A stretch of DNA of 64,000 nucleotides, from NCBI GenBank assembly GCA_037379345.1, contig CM074517.1, positions 31,310,001-31,374,000 of the forward strand, read 5' to 3'. The DNA comes from Perna viridis. Lineage: Eukaryota. Shown here one piece after another: positions 12,225 to 43,457 of this stretch; position 1 is the first letter of the stretch, and every line of letters starts with the position of its first letter. The notes beneath the pieces were generated by a model. That model did no database searches. It was not told the DNA's origin and saw only the letters and a program-made list of their open reading frames with translations. The position numbers were made by a program, and so were the translations under genes.

Positions 12225-13334
12225 TTAAATCTCGTTCTCAATTGTCTAGTGAACTACCTATGGCATTTATCAGGTAATGGTCAATTCTTTACAAAGAAGA
12301 CCAGCTCTATCACCTGAAGTTAACTGTTTTATTCACTGTAACAAAATCAACAAATAACAAACAGACACTAGTTTGTGATGTGCCATATCTAAAGGTATAT
12401 ATCAATCTACAGCACCTATTATACATATGTACAAAATGAATTAACAGTTGGGTCGTGTTCAAGAACATTATTTGCCCTTCCTTAATATTGCTTTTAAAAC
12501 AACTATGAAACAAAATAATCGAAGGATGAAAAAATAAAGGAACTTTCCTTCCAATATGACATCTCAAAAATGTTTTGTAATGTTTTGGCATATTTTTTTA
12601 AAACACATGGAAAGACAATATCCATAAACAGAGTTCACATAAAAATACTATTTGCACTTTTGAAAGCACACACTTCATTTATAGCTGCTTTTCAGTTGTC
12701 CAGTGCACATTTAACTGCAAGAAGTATTAGTTTTTTTAATAATAAAGTTGGAAATATTTGCAAGAGTGTGAAAAAAATATTGTGAATTTAAATATGATAT
12801 TATTACAGTTTTGGTTATAAACTTGTAAAAATTGAAAACCTGAACATTTACACATAAGAACAAATAAATTATAGAGTTTCATTTTTTCTATACAACATAC
12901 ACATATACAACTTATGTGAAAACTCATGTATATTACAATTCCAGTCAAAATTCCATCAAAATGTTCATATACACATAAAATATACAAATTATTATTGCTG
13001 TAGAAAACGAAATCAAACTCTCAATCTGTATGCATATTTTACAATCAATTCATTCAAAATAAAGTGTTATACAGTATAATGTACATTAAGTAGGAGTTAG
13101 ACCTAAAGTAAGGGACGTATTTCTTGAAATCAGTGATATGTTTGTATCATATTCAATTTCACCAAAGCCTTTCAAGCTTTCACTCAGAACAGAATGCTTA
13201 CACAAGATTGATGTAAATGGTGAATACAAACATTCCAATGATTTGTAATAGTGGTGTCCCTTCCCCTAGGTCTACCTCTTTAAGCATATTCAAATAACGA
13301 AGATGAATTTACAGGAATGAAAAACAAAATGATA

Positions 13335-13855
13335 TACAGTGAAACCTGTCTAAACTAAACACTGGATAAACTGGTAATCTGTGTAAACCTAACATCTTCT
13401 AATTCAACAGATTTATTGTTGCATTTTCCCACCACTGTCCCAGGGTTAGGGGGGAGGGTTGAGCACTCACAATCATGTCACATACTTTATGTGCCTGTCG
13501 CAAGCCAAAAACCTGTATACCAGTGATTGTTGTTCTTTGTTATTCGTTGTACATTTTTTTTTTGTATAGATTAGGTCAATTTCATCTTTTATAAATAGTT
13601 TCACTTCATTTATTTTAGGGCCTTTTGCAGCTTGCCTTACGGCCCATCATTGAAGACATGTACAAGTTTAATTGTTTCATGACTTGGCATTAGGTGGATG
13701 ATTGTCACATTGGCAATCATACCACATCTCCAATAAAATCTTCTGAATTCTCTTCATATCAATTTCAATACATTTTGAACCTGACAGAATACCTGATCTA
13801 ACCCAACAAATCTATCAGTCCAAAAAGAGATTGGGTTTAAGCAGATTTCACAATA
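13335..13855. mobile_element. Tc1/mariner-like MITE with a nested Penelope-associated repeat fragment (about 13428-13730)
   Basis: Ends TACAGTGAAACCTGTCTAAAC / GTTTAAGCAGATTTCACAATA. Internal insert CCACCACTGTCCCAGGGTTAGGGGGGAGGG...GGCAATCATACCACATCT. Confidence 0.5.
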
Positions 13856-14261
13856 CTTTATATTATCAATTTAATGGGTAGCAAGTCATATGAAAATCAC
13901 CTTCTAAAGAACGAAGAATCACAGTAACTGCATACAAATTGATTCAACATAACTACTTGGTAAATAATACCTCTTAGAATCTGATTGGTTAACGAATTTG
14001 ACAACATAAACATAACAATTATTTACTGAGTGTCATGATATAAACAAAATTGCAATTCACATATATAATAAAGCACTTATATGAATTGATTTTCTAAGAT
14101 AAATTATCCTCAGAAGATAACCTGTTTCACAGCCTAAACAATATGTGTATTTTTAAGACAATTATTAGAATTTTCAGCCATATTAAATTAACTCCATTCA
14201 TATTGTTGGCATTATCTTTTGACAGACTTCCATGTCTTATCTGAATTCAAACTGTAAGCAT

Positions 14262-32680
<18,419 letters not shown>

Positions 32681-32742
32681 GTTCTCACACAGGCAACAAT
32701 CAGACCCCTCAGAATAGTTCGCTGTTTACAACAATGAAGGAC

Positions 32743-32780
32743 TTTCCCGCCACACAGCACACGTGGCCAATGTCACATGA
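32743..32780 (-). promoter_or_regulatory. MCM6 proximal promoter: E2F site, E-box, CCAAT
   Basis: TTTCCCGC (32743-32750), CACGTG (32760-32765) and CCAAT (32767-32771), 60-100 bp upstream of the ATG. MCM genes are established E2F targets. Confidence 0.7.
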
Positions 32781-33217
32781 TAAAAATTTTATGAGTAACC
32801 TCCCCTTAAAATTTTTCGGAATCTCTTTCGACTCTCCCTTGTTTTTCCTTGGTAAGCTTTATCAAAGCTATTATTTGAAAGATCAGATTGGCCATTTGGT
32901 ATAACTTTAATACTTGATTTTTATTGAATTCAGAAGCGCTAAAGATCAAAAGTTCGTATGTCTGGAATTATTTAACATTTGGTCTTATTGCAAAAAGTCG
33001 CAGTAACTCTGGGAACCGCCTTAACCAGGTTATGAAGATATTAATTAATCGTGATTTGATTTTTCAAAGAAATATTGGATAAAACTGAGGAAAAACGTTT
33101 TTTACGTTTCAAGGGCAAAAAGTTGACATACAACTTCGAACTAATAGAAAGCTTAAATTTACAGACCTTTATCCATTTTTCATCATCCAGTTGAAAGTTT
33201 ATTTCTTATTTATAATT

Positions 33218-33704
33218 CCCCGTGCAGGTCCGGGTATTAAAAGAATAGGCCTGCAGCAGCACTAAGCTTGTCGTAAAAGGCGACTAAATAATGCTCAGAA
33301 CCCTAGCCGAGGGCTAGAACGCTCTGCCCAAAGAGCAACTCGGATGTGTGCCCCAGGTGGTGGAATATGGTACCCCTGGCGTGTTACTTGCTGGGATTGT
33401 CAGGCTATAATACGGAAAACCTGACCAAAAACCATAGTGGTGCACCGTGTTGGGAAAGATGCCATGTTCCTCGCACGTGAAAGAACCCTACTGTGGTATT
33501 CTCCTGGAGTGGGAACCATAGGGCTCCGCCACAGGAGGCTAAATTGCCCAACCCTACTAAAATTTGTCGACCCCATTGTCCTTGTGTCCCATCCCTTTTA
33601 CATTTCATCGTCATTTCATGTTCATTTTATCATCAATTTCATGTTCATTGTCTGAATATTGCTGAAATATTGCTGCTCGGACGTTAAACCCCAACAAACA
33701 AAAA
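33218..33704 (+). mobile_element. SINE-like retroposon with structured non-tRNA head, copy B (upstream of MCM6)
   Basis: Perfect 12-bp TSD CTTATTTATAAT (33205-33216, 33705-33716). Tail GGACGTTAAACCCCAACAAACAAAAA. Short internal deletion relative to copies A and C. Confidence 0.9.
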
Positions 33705-36700
33705 CTTATTTATAATGGTTTTCAAGATATTTGCTTAAAATTGCCAAATTAAGGCATCATTTTTATTTATTTATTAATTGATGTATTATTATTACTATTT
33801 TTTGCAATTCAAGAGTAATTTAACTCATCTCGTGCTTTTGGTTTTACTTTAGGGCGTTAAAATTATTATTTAGTAATAAAAAGGGGAATTTTCAGAATTT
33901 CAGATTTTTCCTTGTTTTATTTCAACTTCTAATGATACAGTGCATTTAAATGTATCAAGTACCTTAACTTTTAAATGAGCCCAGGTAATTCATCCTTGAA
34001 CAATTTCAAATCCATTAAGTAAAAATAGCTACCTTACCCCTAAAATGTACCCAAATATGAACGAAAAAGGCTCATTTATACATATAAACACTGAAACTCA
34101 ATCCTTGACCATTCATTGTTTCTAACATATCTGCTCAATTCTCGTGCTTATGGTTACAAATATCATATAATAATGAAAAGGTAATTTTTAGATTTATTAA
34201 TTTTATAGTTCAATGAGACTTTCACATGACACGTCACACAGTTCGTTACGTGGCGTTTAAGTACCCGGACCATAATTATCCGAAAAACTACATTTATAAA
34301 AAAAAAACCTTAGGTTGCACTATACAAATGGGATTTAGGTGTACAGTTTCGTACACAAAACTGACCCTGTCTTAAACTTAAAAATAAAAGGTGAAACTTG
34401 GTGGAAATATTGATTGTAGGTAGTAGAGCAATCGTACATAAATAGATGCAATACTGGTGTAAAATGCATGCTATAAGCTATCCGGAAAGATTCAGGTCCT
34501 CACCGGATTGGGTTCTCTTCCCTGAACCAACTGGCTGTTTTTCAAAAATGCAAAATTTCGCACGAACTTTAAAAGGTACACTTTTTATTTGCTTTTTACA
34601 ATAATACCATGCCAACTTACTTTTCCTGGCAGTTTTTAAGCGCCTGATATTTTAGAAAACCTGTTTTTCGACAATTAATCTTGGGCAGGCACCCAAAATT
34701 TGTTATGAAAACTGATGTATAATTTTATTTTGTTACCATGGCTACAGGTTTTCATAACAAAAAATAGAAAAATATATAATATCTATCTTTTTTTCATGTA
34801 TCTCCATAATGTAAGGTTTTGAAAAATATATACTTTTTACAGGGAAAAAATGCTGGATTTGCTTGTTTGCGTGTCTCAATATAGCTTTATTTCCATAAAT
34901 TGTCATAAAGTTATCTGCAGTGACTTACCTATCTATATAGTGGATTCTCACATTTTTATTATTGTTGGTAATCAGTGGGGTCTAAGAGTTCTTCCTATGG
35001 AATGAATATCCACAAAATATTTGAGGCTTTACTGCAAGGATTGATTACACTGCACACCCTCCCCTATTTAGTCCTTAAAAAGAGAAGTAAAGGATAACAA
35101 AGTCTATTAACTACAGAAATGCGTACAGTATAAAGAGCTATTTTTATATCAAAAAGAATCTTTCAGGTACCCATGTTGGACTACTAGTATTTGAAAAAAA
35201 TGTACTTGTAATATACTATTATTAAGATGTTACTAAAAATAGGCAAATAGGTCGACTCAACATTGTTGTTTTATATTTTAATTGTTTCAGTAATAATTAT
35301 ATGAACAGATTATTTGACAGTGACACTAAAATTTACTTAATATATCATTTCTTCCATTAAAAATAGTAACTTTTAAAGTGTCGATTGAAAAAATTGGGGT
35401 TCATAATGTCAAGGTCATGATCACTAATTACATATTTTAATCGTTTTGATCGCCAAAGCTCATCAAAATAGCATCCAAGGTAGCCATTGCGATGGTACAA
35501 AACAGAAAATATCAAAGAAACCATTTTCTACTAAATCATAAATTCTTCGAGGCTTTGACATTTAGAAATATATTAGATAAAGTGATTTTCGGCGGGAATG
35601 GGTAATTTATAGCAAATATACATTTTACAACTTTTACTGGCCATTTCTAACATTCCTGTCCAATTCTTGCACTCAAGGTTACAAGTATCATATGATCGTG
35701 AAAAGGTAATTTTCATATTTTTTAACATTCTTTAGTTCAATAAGACATGACACGTCACACAGTACTACATGGTGATGGCTATATATCCTGCATTTCTTAA
35801 TTATTTGTGATCGATGTTCTAAGATAACTACTGAATTGCAAAAAATCTAAGATTTGGTGGGTACAAATTTAATGTCCCATTACATAGCATCAGTGTCCAT
35901 AGATTTTACAACATACATTTATCAATGTTCCCAATAAAGTAAAATGGCCCTTAGCTCGGATACCACAAAAAATACGAGTTCATAATATGGGCTTAGGAAT
36001 AATTCTTACGGTGCTTTAAATCTTTCCTACATCAGAACATTAATGGAAATATACATTTATGTCATGGAGTCAATCCATAAGGTTATTTTAACATTTTTTT
36101 TTATATTTCTACATTGTAATTGTCTAGACTTCAGTGGTCCGTCGATGACCTAGAGCAGGTGGTCATTCTACCAGCAACTTGCCGCTCAGTGCGTTGTCAT
36201 GAACAGATTATAAGCAGATTATTACATTTGTGAAACGACAATACCGCACTGTTGGTGTTAGTAATCGCAATATTATTGATGTTCTAATTTGGTTTATCTG
36301 AAGCAAAAATCACAACCTGACATTAATCCAGTTTATATTTCAAATCAATAAAACTGATGAGACTATACTCCGGCGCCAATCAGCATCTTACAGCTAGAAT
36401 ATTAAATATAATTGTGTTAACCTGTTCCGCCAATGGTAGGAGCCAAAATTTCTTATTGACCATTAATATTTTATCATTTATATAGAACCTAAGAGTGCCT
36501 CAGTCAAGGAAAATTTTTTGCTTGATTCAGTTTCAATGTATTCGAAGAAAAATCAATAGTTATCTTCTGCAACTGATGGAATGTGTGCATCTCCCGAGCA
36601 GACGAAGATCGGCAGACACATGACGTCACGTGTATTTGAAATTAAGCATTTCTTTATGAGACTTTACAGAGGTATTGCCAAAAATGCGACAGATATGGTA

Positions 36701-37959
36701 AGTTATTATTTAAATTATAAGAAATTATTGGATTTTTTATCGGATACACAGAGAGATATGTCAACAGCAATAATCTAAGGCTATAACGAGATTTGTATTC
36801 AGTTGAGTAATTCCAGGACTATATGCAAGTCTGACTAATTCATTCATTAAAAATATTCAGTCATAATGCTAACAAACCTATCCTCTTTCATCGACGATTT
36901 CATATCTTAGGATAGCACTGAAATACACATTCCATGCAAGTAAGTAACAATTCTTATTTTTGTGGCAAAACTCGAATTATAAAAACTCCATATTTTTGTA
37001 AAACAATTCTCTAGTTAAAAATAGACGTAGTTCTTCAGAAAAAAAGTGGTACGGTCAATTTTATGAGATATATGTCAACGGTAGAACTGATCATATGCAA
37101 AGAAAGAGAGGTAAACCCACGTTGGTAAACCGTAGTGGATGTTTCGTCAAGCTTCGAACAACTTCTGATTTTCGATACCCACTCTTTATAGTATTGAGGG
37201 AGGAAACGACCATCTCTGGCTGAGCAGGTTTTGACATCAAAGGTTGTCCTTTTGCCCAAGACATTAAAAGTTATCACTCGGACAAGTATAAAAGTTATAT
37301 TTTAGTTGCCAAATCTTATGTATTTTTCATATGCATTAACTAAAGTACAACCTAGTGTTCGAATTCGAATTAGACAAAGAGAATTTTCGTCACCTTGCCT
37401 GATATTTTTCCAAATAACACACCTCCGAACCCCATTTCCCCTTAAAATTCTGTATGGCAACCCTGTCGCTTTGTAACGCATGCAATTTGGATTTTTGAGA
37501 GAAAACGGGTATGATGAAATACTACTACAAATGCACCTACTTATAATGTCAATCCAGATAGTAAATGTATCGCCCTGAAATATCTCAATGGATTATTTTC
37601 TTATTGACCATCTCACTTTATTGATGGATCCCCATTTAAGAAAAAACTCGCTTTTTTAAGCATCTCCTGGGAACAAAAAGACGTCTTCGAGTATGGGAGT
37701 AAGAACAGAATTGGTTAGATCTCCTGTTGAAAATTATACAAATACGCAAGCAATTTTATATCTTGTCTGACTATTTGCTGACATTATAAACCCATTTATT
37801 GAAGCAGTGATTGGGATTAAAATTTTGCCAATAGAACTATGGCCTCCTTACCCTTCAATTCAATGGGACATTTTAAGAGGAAATACGACTATGGCGCATG
37901 GTGCACGGTAATCCCAATCACTGTTAAAGTGCCTGTTGAACTTTCAAAATATCTTAATT

Positions 37960-38260
37960 CGCAAGGGGTTTTTACTAAATATGGAAAGTGAAATATCCGA
38001 AAAATAAAAAATTAAATATTTAAAGAACAAATTGGACAAACTTGATGAAAGCAGCAAGCTTTTCCTTTATAAAAGAAATATAACCTTAATTGGAAAGGCA
38101 TTTCTATTTACCGTTTAATGACTAAGTTTCGAATCAGCTACCATAGACTTGAAATTGACAACGGTCCTAATAATAACACTCCACGCACTGAAAGACGATG
38201 CAAAAATTGTGGAGTTATCGAAGATGAAGACCATTTTATATTAAAATCAGAATTTGAGGG
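37960..38260 (+). mobile_element. RTEX-like LINE 3' fragment (C-terminal zinc finger)
   Basis: TKFRISYHRLEIDNG...PRTERRCKNCGVIEDEDHFIL. Confidence 0.7.
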
Positions 38261-39206
38261 AATCTTTGTTTATAAACTATGGAATGAGATAATGTATGCC
38301 TTTGTCGAAGAGTTCGGATGAACATAAATTGATACAAAATAAAGTCATGTATATTTATTAAATCCTGTTTCCTTTGGAAAAATTATAATAGACCCTTTTG
38401 TGGTAAGTTGATGAACATGCTCAATACTTCCGCGAGGTATGGCTTAGGTAGAACAAAAGAATTTACCTCGCGGAATTGTATATTAAGCATGCTCATAGAC
38501 TATGCCCGAATTTTTATTTTTTATTTTTTGAAAGAGTCATTAGAACTGAGGACAGAAATATTATCATGAGATGTGTGAACTTGTTCTTTGTTGTTTTGTT
38601 CATAAATGCAATATATGCTGTGTAGTGGTTGTTTTGTTTAGTCACAAAAATGATTTTTATATATGTTTAATGATAAAACTTATATAGTTCAATATATTTT
38701 ATGTTACCGAATAGTCCTGAGACAGCATTTGACACTACATGCAGATATAGACAGAGTTGTGATTACTGAGTTCGACGTGTTCCGTGCTGTTTCAGATCAT
38801 TTCAAGATTTGATCCTACATGTATCCTAGGAAACATGACAGTTGCTGCCGTGTACTTTTTAAATCGTTGTTTGACAAATGTTCCGTTATAAAGTGTTTGT
38901 CTTCTTTTTATTGACCGATTTGATGATAACTCTGTTTCAGAACATGCATGCATAAGCAGGACGAGTATTTAATGCATTTTCCTCATTCTAAGTAACATAG
39001 TACTAAGCTGTTAAATAACTTCGTCTGGTGATGACAGTTTTATTTCCGATCGCTGCTATTGCAGAATTCCGAAATTTTGGTACAGACTCTAGTGTAGAGA
39101 GATAATACAGTAATGTCGTCGGGCAATGGTAATCTTGTGTAGAGAGATGATATATAGGAAGATCGTCAGGCAATGACAATTTCCCCTTGCCCGACGGTAA
39201 TATAGT

Positions 39207-39450
39207 ATTATTGCATAAGGTTTTCCATATTACCTTTGTTATTGGTCCGAGGCTAGCCATATTGGATTGAGGCGTAGCCGAAGTCCAATATGACTAGCCG
39301 AGGACCAAAAATTGCCAATATGGAAAACATTACGCAATTATACCTTAAACGACTAACTAGTCCAATATGACGTATTGGCTTAGGTCAGTATTCATCTTAA
39401 CTTGGCCAATATGACGTATTGGACGGGTAAAAGCCGTATTGGACAGCTAA
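39207..39450. repeat. Long fold-back hairpin plus short CCAATATGACGTATTGG palindromic repeats, probably a non-autonomous element
   Basis: Arms 39207-39270 and 39280-39341 centred on GGC-GTA-GCC. Repeated CCAATATGACGTATTGG at about 39362 and 39406. Confidence 0.6.
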
Positions 39451-40484
39451 ATCCAGTATTGGCGCACTTTTGTTTTTTGTATTATATTTGCAGTTTTGAT
39501 CATATTTGTGATTGGTGCGTCCTTATTTTTCATGAAAACAGATTGACATTTCAAGTCGACAGTTTAAGCCGATGATGATATGGTTACAAACCGTCAGATG
39601 ATCATTGGTGATTAGTTGTCATTCGATCTGATGATGGACATCTTTTGTTTTGTTCCCTAAACACTTCGTTTGCCATTTTGACACCCAAACCCGACAAAAA
39701 ACAAACTTTCATGGAAGCGACAGGTTAAGCACTATTGCCTGGTGTAACTTGGGTGGAAATGTTAAGAACCAAGTAGGGACCATAACGGTGGTTTCCAACT
39801 TTCTGGTTTTTAAGTTGATATTGCCATTTTTTATGCCGACTATTCCTTTTTACTATTGCCTAGTCTAGAATTTATCAGTTTATGAAAAATATCGGTTTTA
39901 TTATCTTATTTAAGCAGTTTCATTGAATGTTGCACTAAAACCAAAATTGTTTTCTGTATACAGAGTACATGTATAAGTTGTTGTCAACTATAGTTTTGGA
40001 GTTAGCTTTTAGGAATATCATCTATAATATGATAGTACAAAGTAGAAAAGCTCTATAAGTTTAAAAATTATCCTTAACAGTAGATAGATATTTTAATATG
40101 ATGCACACCTTATACACATTTTTCCTGATTCTAAGATAAAGTGGTATTTTACCTATCTTACTCACCCATCTTTTTTGTGTATTAGAAACACTTCGGAAGC
40201 CGCGCAAAGTAATAGGTACGCTTTATATATCTTGATGTAACCGAACTTTACATGCATATCGGAGTAACACCTACCTTTCACATACACGAGACTTAAAGGC
40301 ACTACTGCAAACCATGTGAATACAAATAATAATTGCTTTCGATCTCTCTAATGGGAAACACATGAAAATTATGGTTAGATTGTATAAATAAGGAGTAAAA
40401 GCATCAAAATTCATCTAAATATCCTAAGTTATGTAACAATATGATCATTGATTCAGTAGAAAATGTATACCCATGGGTTGAATA

Positions 40485-40640
40485 TTTATAAAGGAGATTC
40501 TACAGAGCGAGCCATGGGATTTTTTATAAAGGAGATTCTACAGAGCGAGCCATGGGATTATTTATAAAGGAGATTGTACAGAGCGAGCCATGGGATTATT
40601 TATAAAGGAGATTGTACAGAGCGAGCCATGGGATTATTTA
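40485..40640. repeat. 38-bp minisatellite x4
   Basis: TTTATAAAGGAGATTSTACAGAGCGAGCCATGGGATTW x4. Confidence 0.93.
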
Positions 40641-43457
40641 CTCAGTAAACTAATGTTTGATACACTCTGCAGAATATTCTACTTATAACATGTCAGGAAT
40701 TAAGGAGCTTGGGGTTTTTTTTGTATAAAAAGATTTGAGTATATCTTATTCCCCTTATAAGTTATTGATTTTTCCCTGCGTCACTAACGGTGAAGCAGGT
40801 ATAGTAGCCGCCTGACTCCGTCCGTTGCGCTTAGGGGTACCTACTTTGTGAAATCTGCAACATTATTCAAACTTTGTACATTGTTAAATATACATATTGT
40901 TTTTTTTTTGTTTCGTTTTGTTCCGTTTTGTTTTGTTTTGTTTTGTTTTTTTTGTTCCTCCATCCTTGTGATAACCTATCCCAAAATAATCGATATTGCC
41001 GTATGTTGAAGGATAAATGGAAGCATTTAAAGTATTACTATGAAAAATTTGTGCAAATGGATTACGCAACCCCTAAATTTCATGAAAACACATATTTGTT
41101 CAACAAGATGTAGGCATCTTGGTACATTTTTTTTTCAGATTATTGAACAAAAATAGCAGCCCTTCAGATGTCGCAACTAAAATACAAATTATGCAATGTT
41201 TGTTCTAATATATCATGGGAATTACAAAACTGTGAACATCAAACAATCAACCCAAAACACGATAATATTTTAAGTAGGCTTTTAAATGGTCTCCAATATC
41301 GGATCAATTTATGAAAACCATGACGATGTTTAAAGATGAACCAGTTTTTCTGCTGTACTGTATTGATCTGCTTATCGAGGGTCTAAATATGTATGTATTA
41401 ACAGACTAAAACTCAAATGGATTTCGCCTTATCTGTTTTATATGGGTTATACGCTATCTTATAATCTACTGTTCGTGGTTATCCGCCACTAATATTGGAC
41501 CGGAAAGCACTGAAAATGTAGAAGTACAATTTCTCATTTTTTTCTCTGCTGCTGGCATCAGAGTGAGATGAAAAAGTTCATTTGCGGACACGGAAGCGTT
41601 CGGTGGTCAATATCCAAATAAAAAAATGAGGGTTGCAAGGTCAGAGGAAAATCGGACTAAACGATTACGAATTCACTCGATTTTTAACATTGAGCATATC
41701 GCAACTGCGCTTGAAATTTGCCGATCTTAGCCGATTGATGAACTGTTGCGTTACACAACCAAGTTCAAAGTTTAAAAGTGAAGTCGGTACATATAAAACA
41801 TTACAACACTAATGAGCTTTTAAAACCGACATAAGCTTTAAAACATTATAAGATGCATGTCAAATATAAATTATTTTCGAAAAAGAAATACTCTTATTTT
41901 GCTAGTAATGTTCAAATGTACGATAGGTCAAAAGATGTGAAATGGAAAAGAATATGATTTTATATTATCAATCGACCTAAAATCTTCAAGTTCCAGCTCA
42001 CTAAAATTTGTATTTTTTTAATTCCGATAAATCATCATATTTTGCAAATCACAGATATTGTGGTGAAACAACTTTTTAGGACCTTATTCCAAATTGGTTA
42101 ACAATTCAATTAAGGTCAGATTTCAAAGATTTGCTCTGCAAAAAAAATGTCCTTTTCTTGTTTACCATGTTAACTAAAGGTTTTCATCATTTTGATGTGT
42201 ATGCAAATGGACAACTCATGAAGAGTGTCATAAAAATTAACACTACAATAATGTCCTATCCCTGCTATAGACAAATAATCATTAAAAGTTCGACTAAACA
42301 GATTTTTTTCTTATCCTTAATTGCAAAGTAGAAGTTCAAACAAACTACTGTTTACGGAGTATGGTTTGTAATTTACTTGAACGGAAATCTATATTTTAAC
42401 CAGTTTGTCGATCATATTGCGTGCAGAGTTCAGTTGTATGTCAAGAATATGTGAAAATATCAAAGAATGACTTTCAGCACGGGACATTACGTTATTGATT
42501 TGTACAGTGTGATTAAACTGATTAACGAAAATGTTTGAAATCGCCTCCGCAGACCTAATAACCACTTCCGGGTTAGCTATATATCACTCCGCTATACTGA
42601 CCACGTGTGGCAGTAATTCCCTCTTGGTGCAGGATTTATCTCGGATGTTCTACGCTTGGTCTAACTAATTCTATTGACGATTAATGTTACAGTTTTTTTC
42701 TTTCTTTTGATGTGATTAATGAGAAAGAAACGTGTCTTTAATACTGAGACGTCACTTTTTCGCAAAATATCGAATTAAGCTAGACGTATGTCAGTGTTAA
42801 TTTTGTTTGAAAATGCCACGACCCTCAATTTCTTAACCATACGTTGTAAGAAAAGATAGGAAAGGAATACATAATTCAGACCTTTAATCTGCAGTACACT
42901 TAAAACGACAATAAAAGGTTCATGGATAGACATAATGTAGGGTTTAAGTAAATTGATGTACAATTCCTTGTACTTTGTTTTTAAATAGATGATACATAGC
43001 CCGGGCCGGAATTTTTCATTGAAGACTACAAAATTGAATTTTGAAGATAAAAAGAAGAAAACAGAGACAGGAGACACAGAACTAAAAATCATAACATTTC
43101 AATCAACGTGATAGTACCGAAACTAAATTTTATTAGCAAAGTCTCACAAATAAGACAATATCTGTTTCCCTTATACCTATGTTCAGTAAAATTATCTAAA
43201 ACCGCCTACGTTATACTCAGTGGATGGGTCTGGAGTAATAAATTTGTGTTTTTAATAGTTTATAGTCACACCTCGTATCATGATTTTTGACAAAATGGTT
43301 TCAATAAGATTAAGTATCGGAACAAATTGAAATTTAGAATACTGGAGATTTAAACAGATCACTGTACTTTGAGTGTTCTCAAACATTTGTCTTTTCAGAA
43401 AACCCTGTAGCGGTAACCATGACAACTCCCTGCATATGACTAAGAATTCAATTCCGA

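Noticed and set aside
33218-33300. HDV-like ribozyme call for the retroposon head
   Set aside because: The stem order does not fit HDV topology (no P3/P1 nested within P2). It is reported only as an unclassified structured candidate.
40485-40640. CRISPR-like array
   Set aside because: Contiguous tandem units without unique spacers, in a eukaryotic context.
42989-43111. 40-codon ORF MIHSPGRNF... after an acceptor-like site as an upstream NHL coding exon
   Set aside because: It ends in TGA with no convincing in-frame donor and has no domain similarity. At most a UTR exon or uORF.
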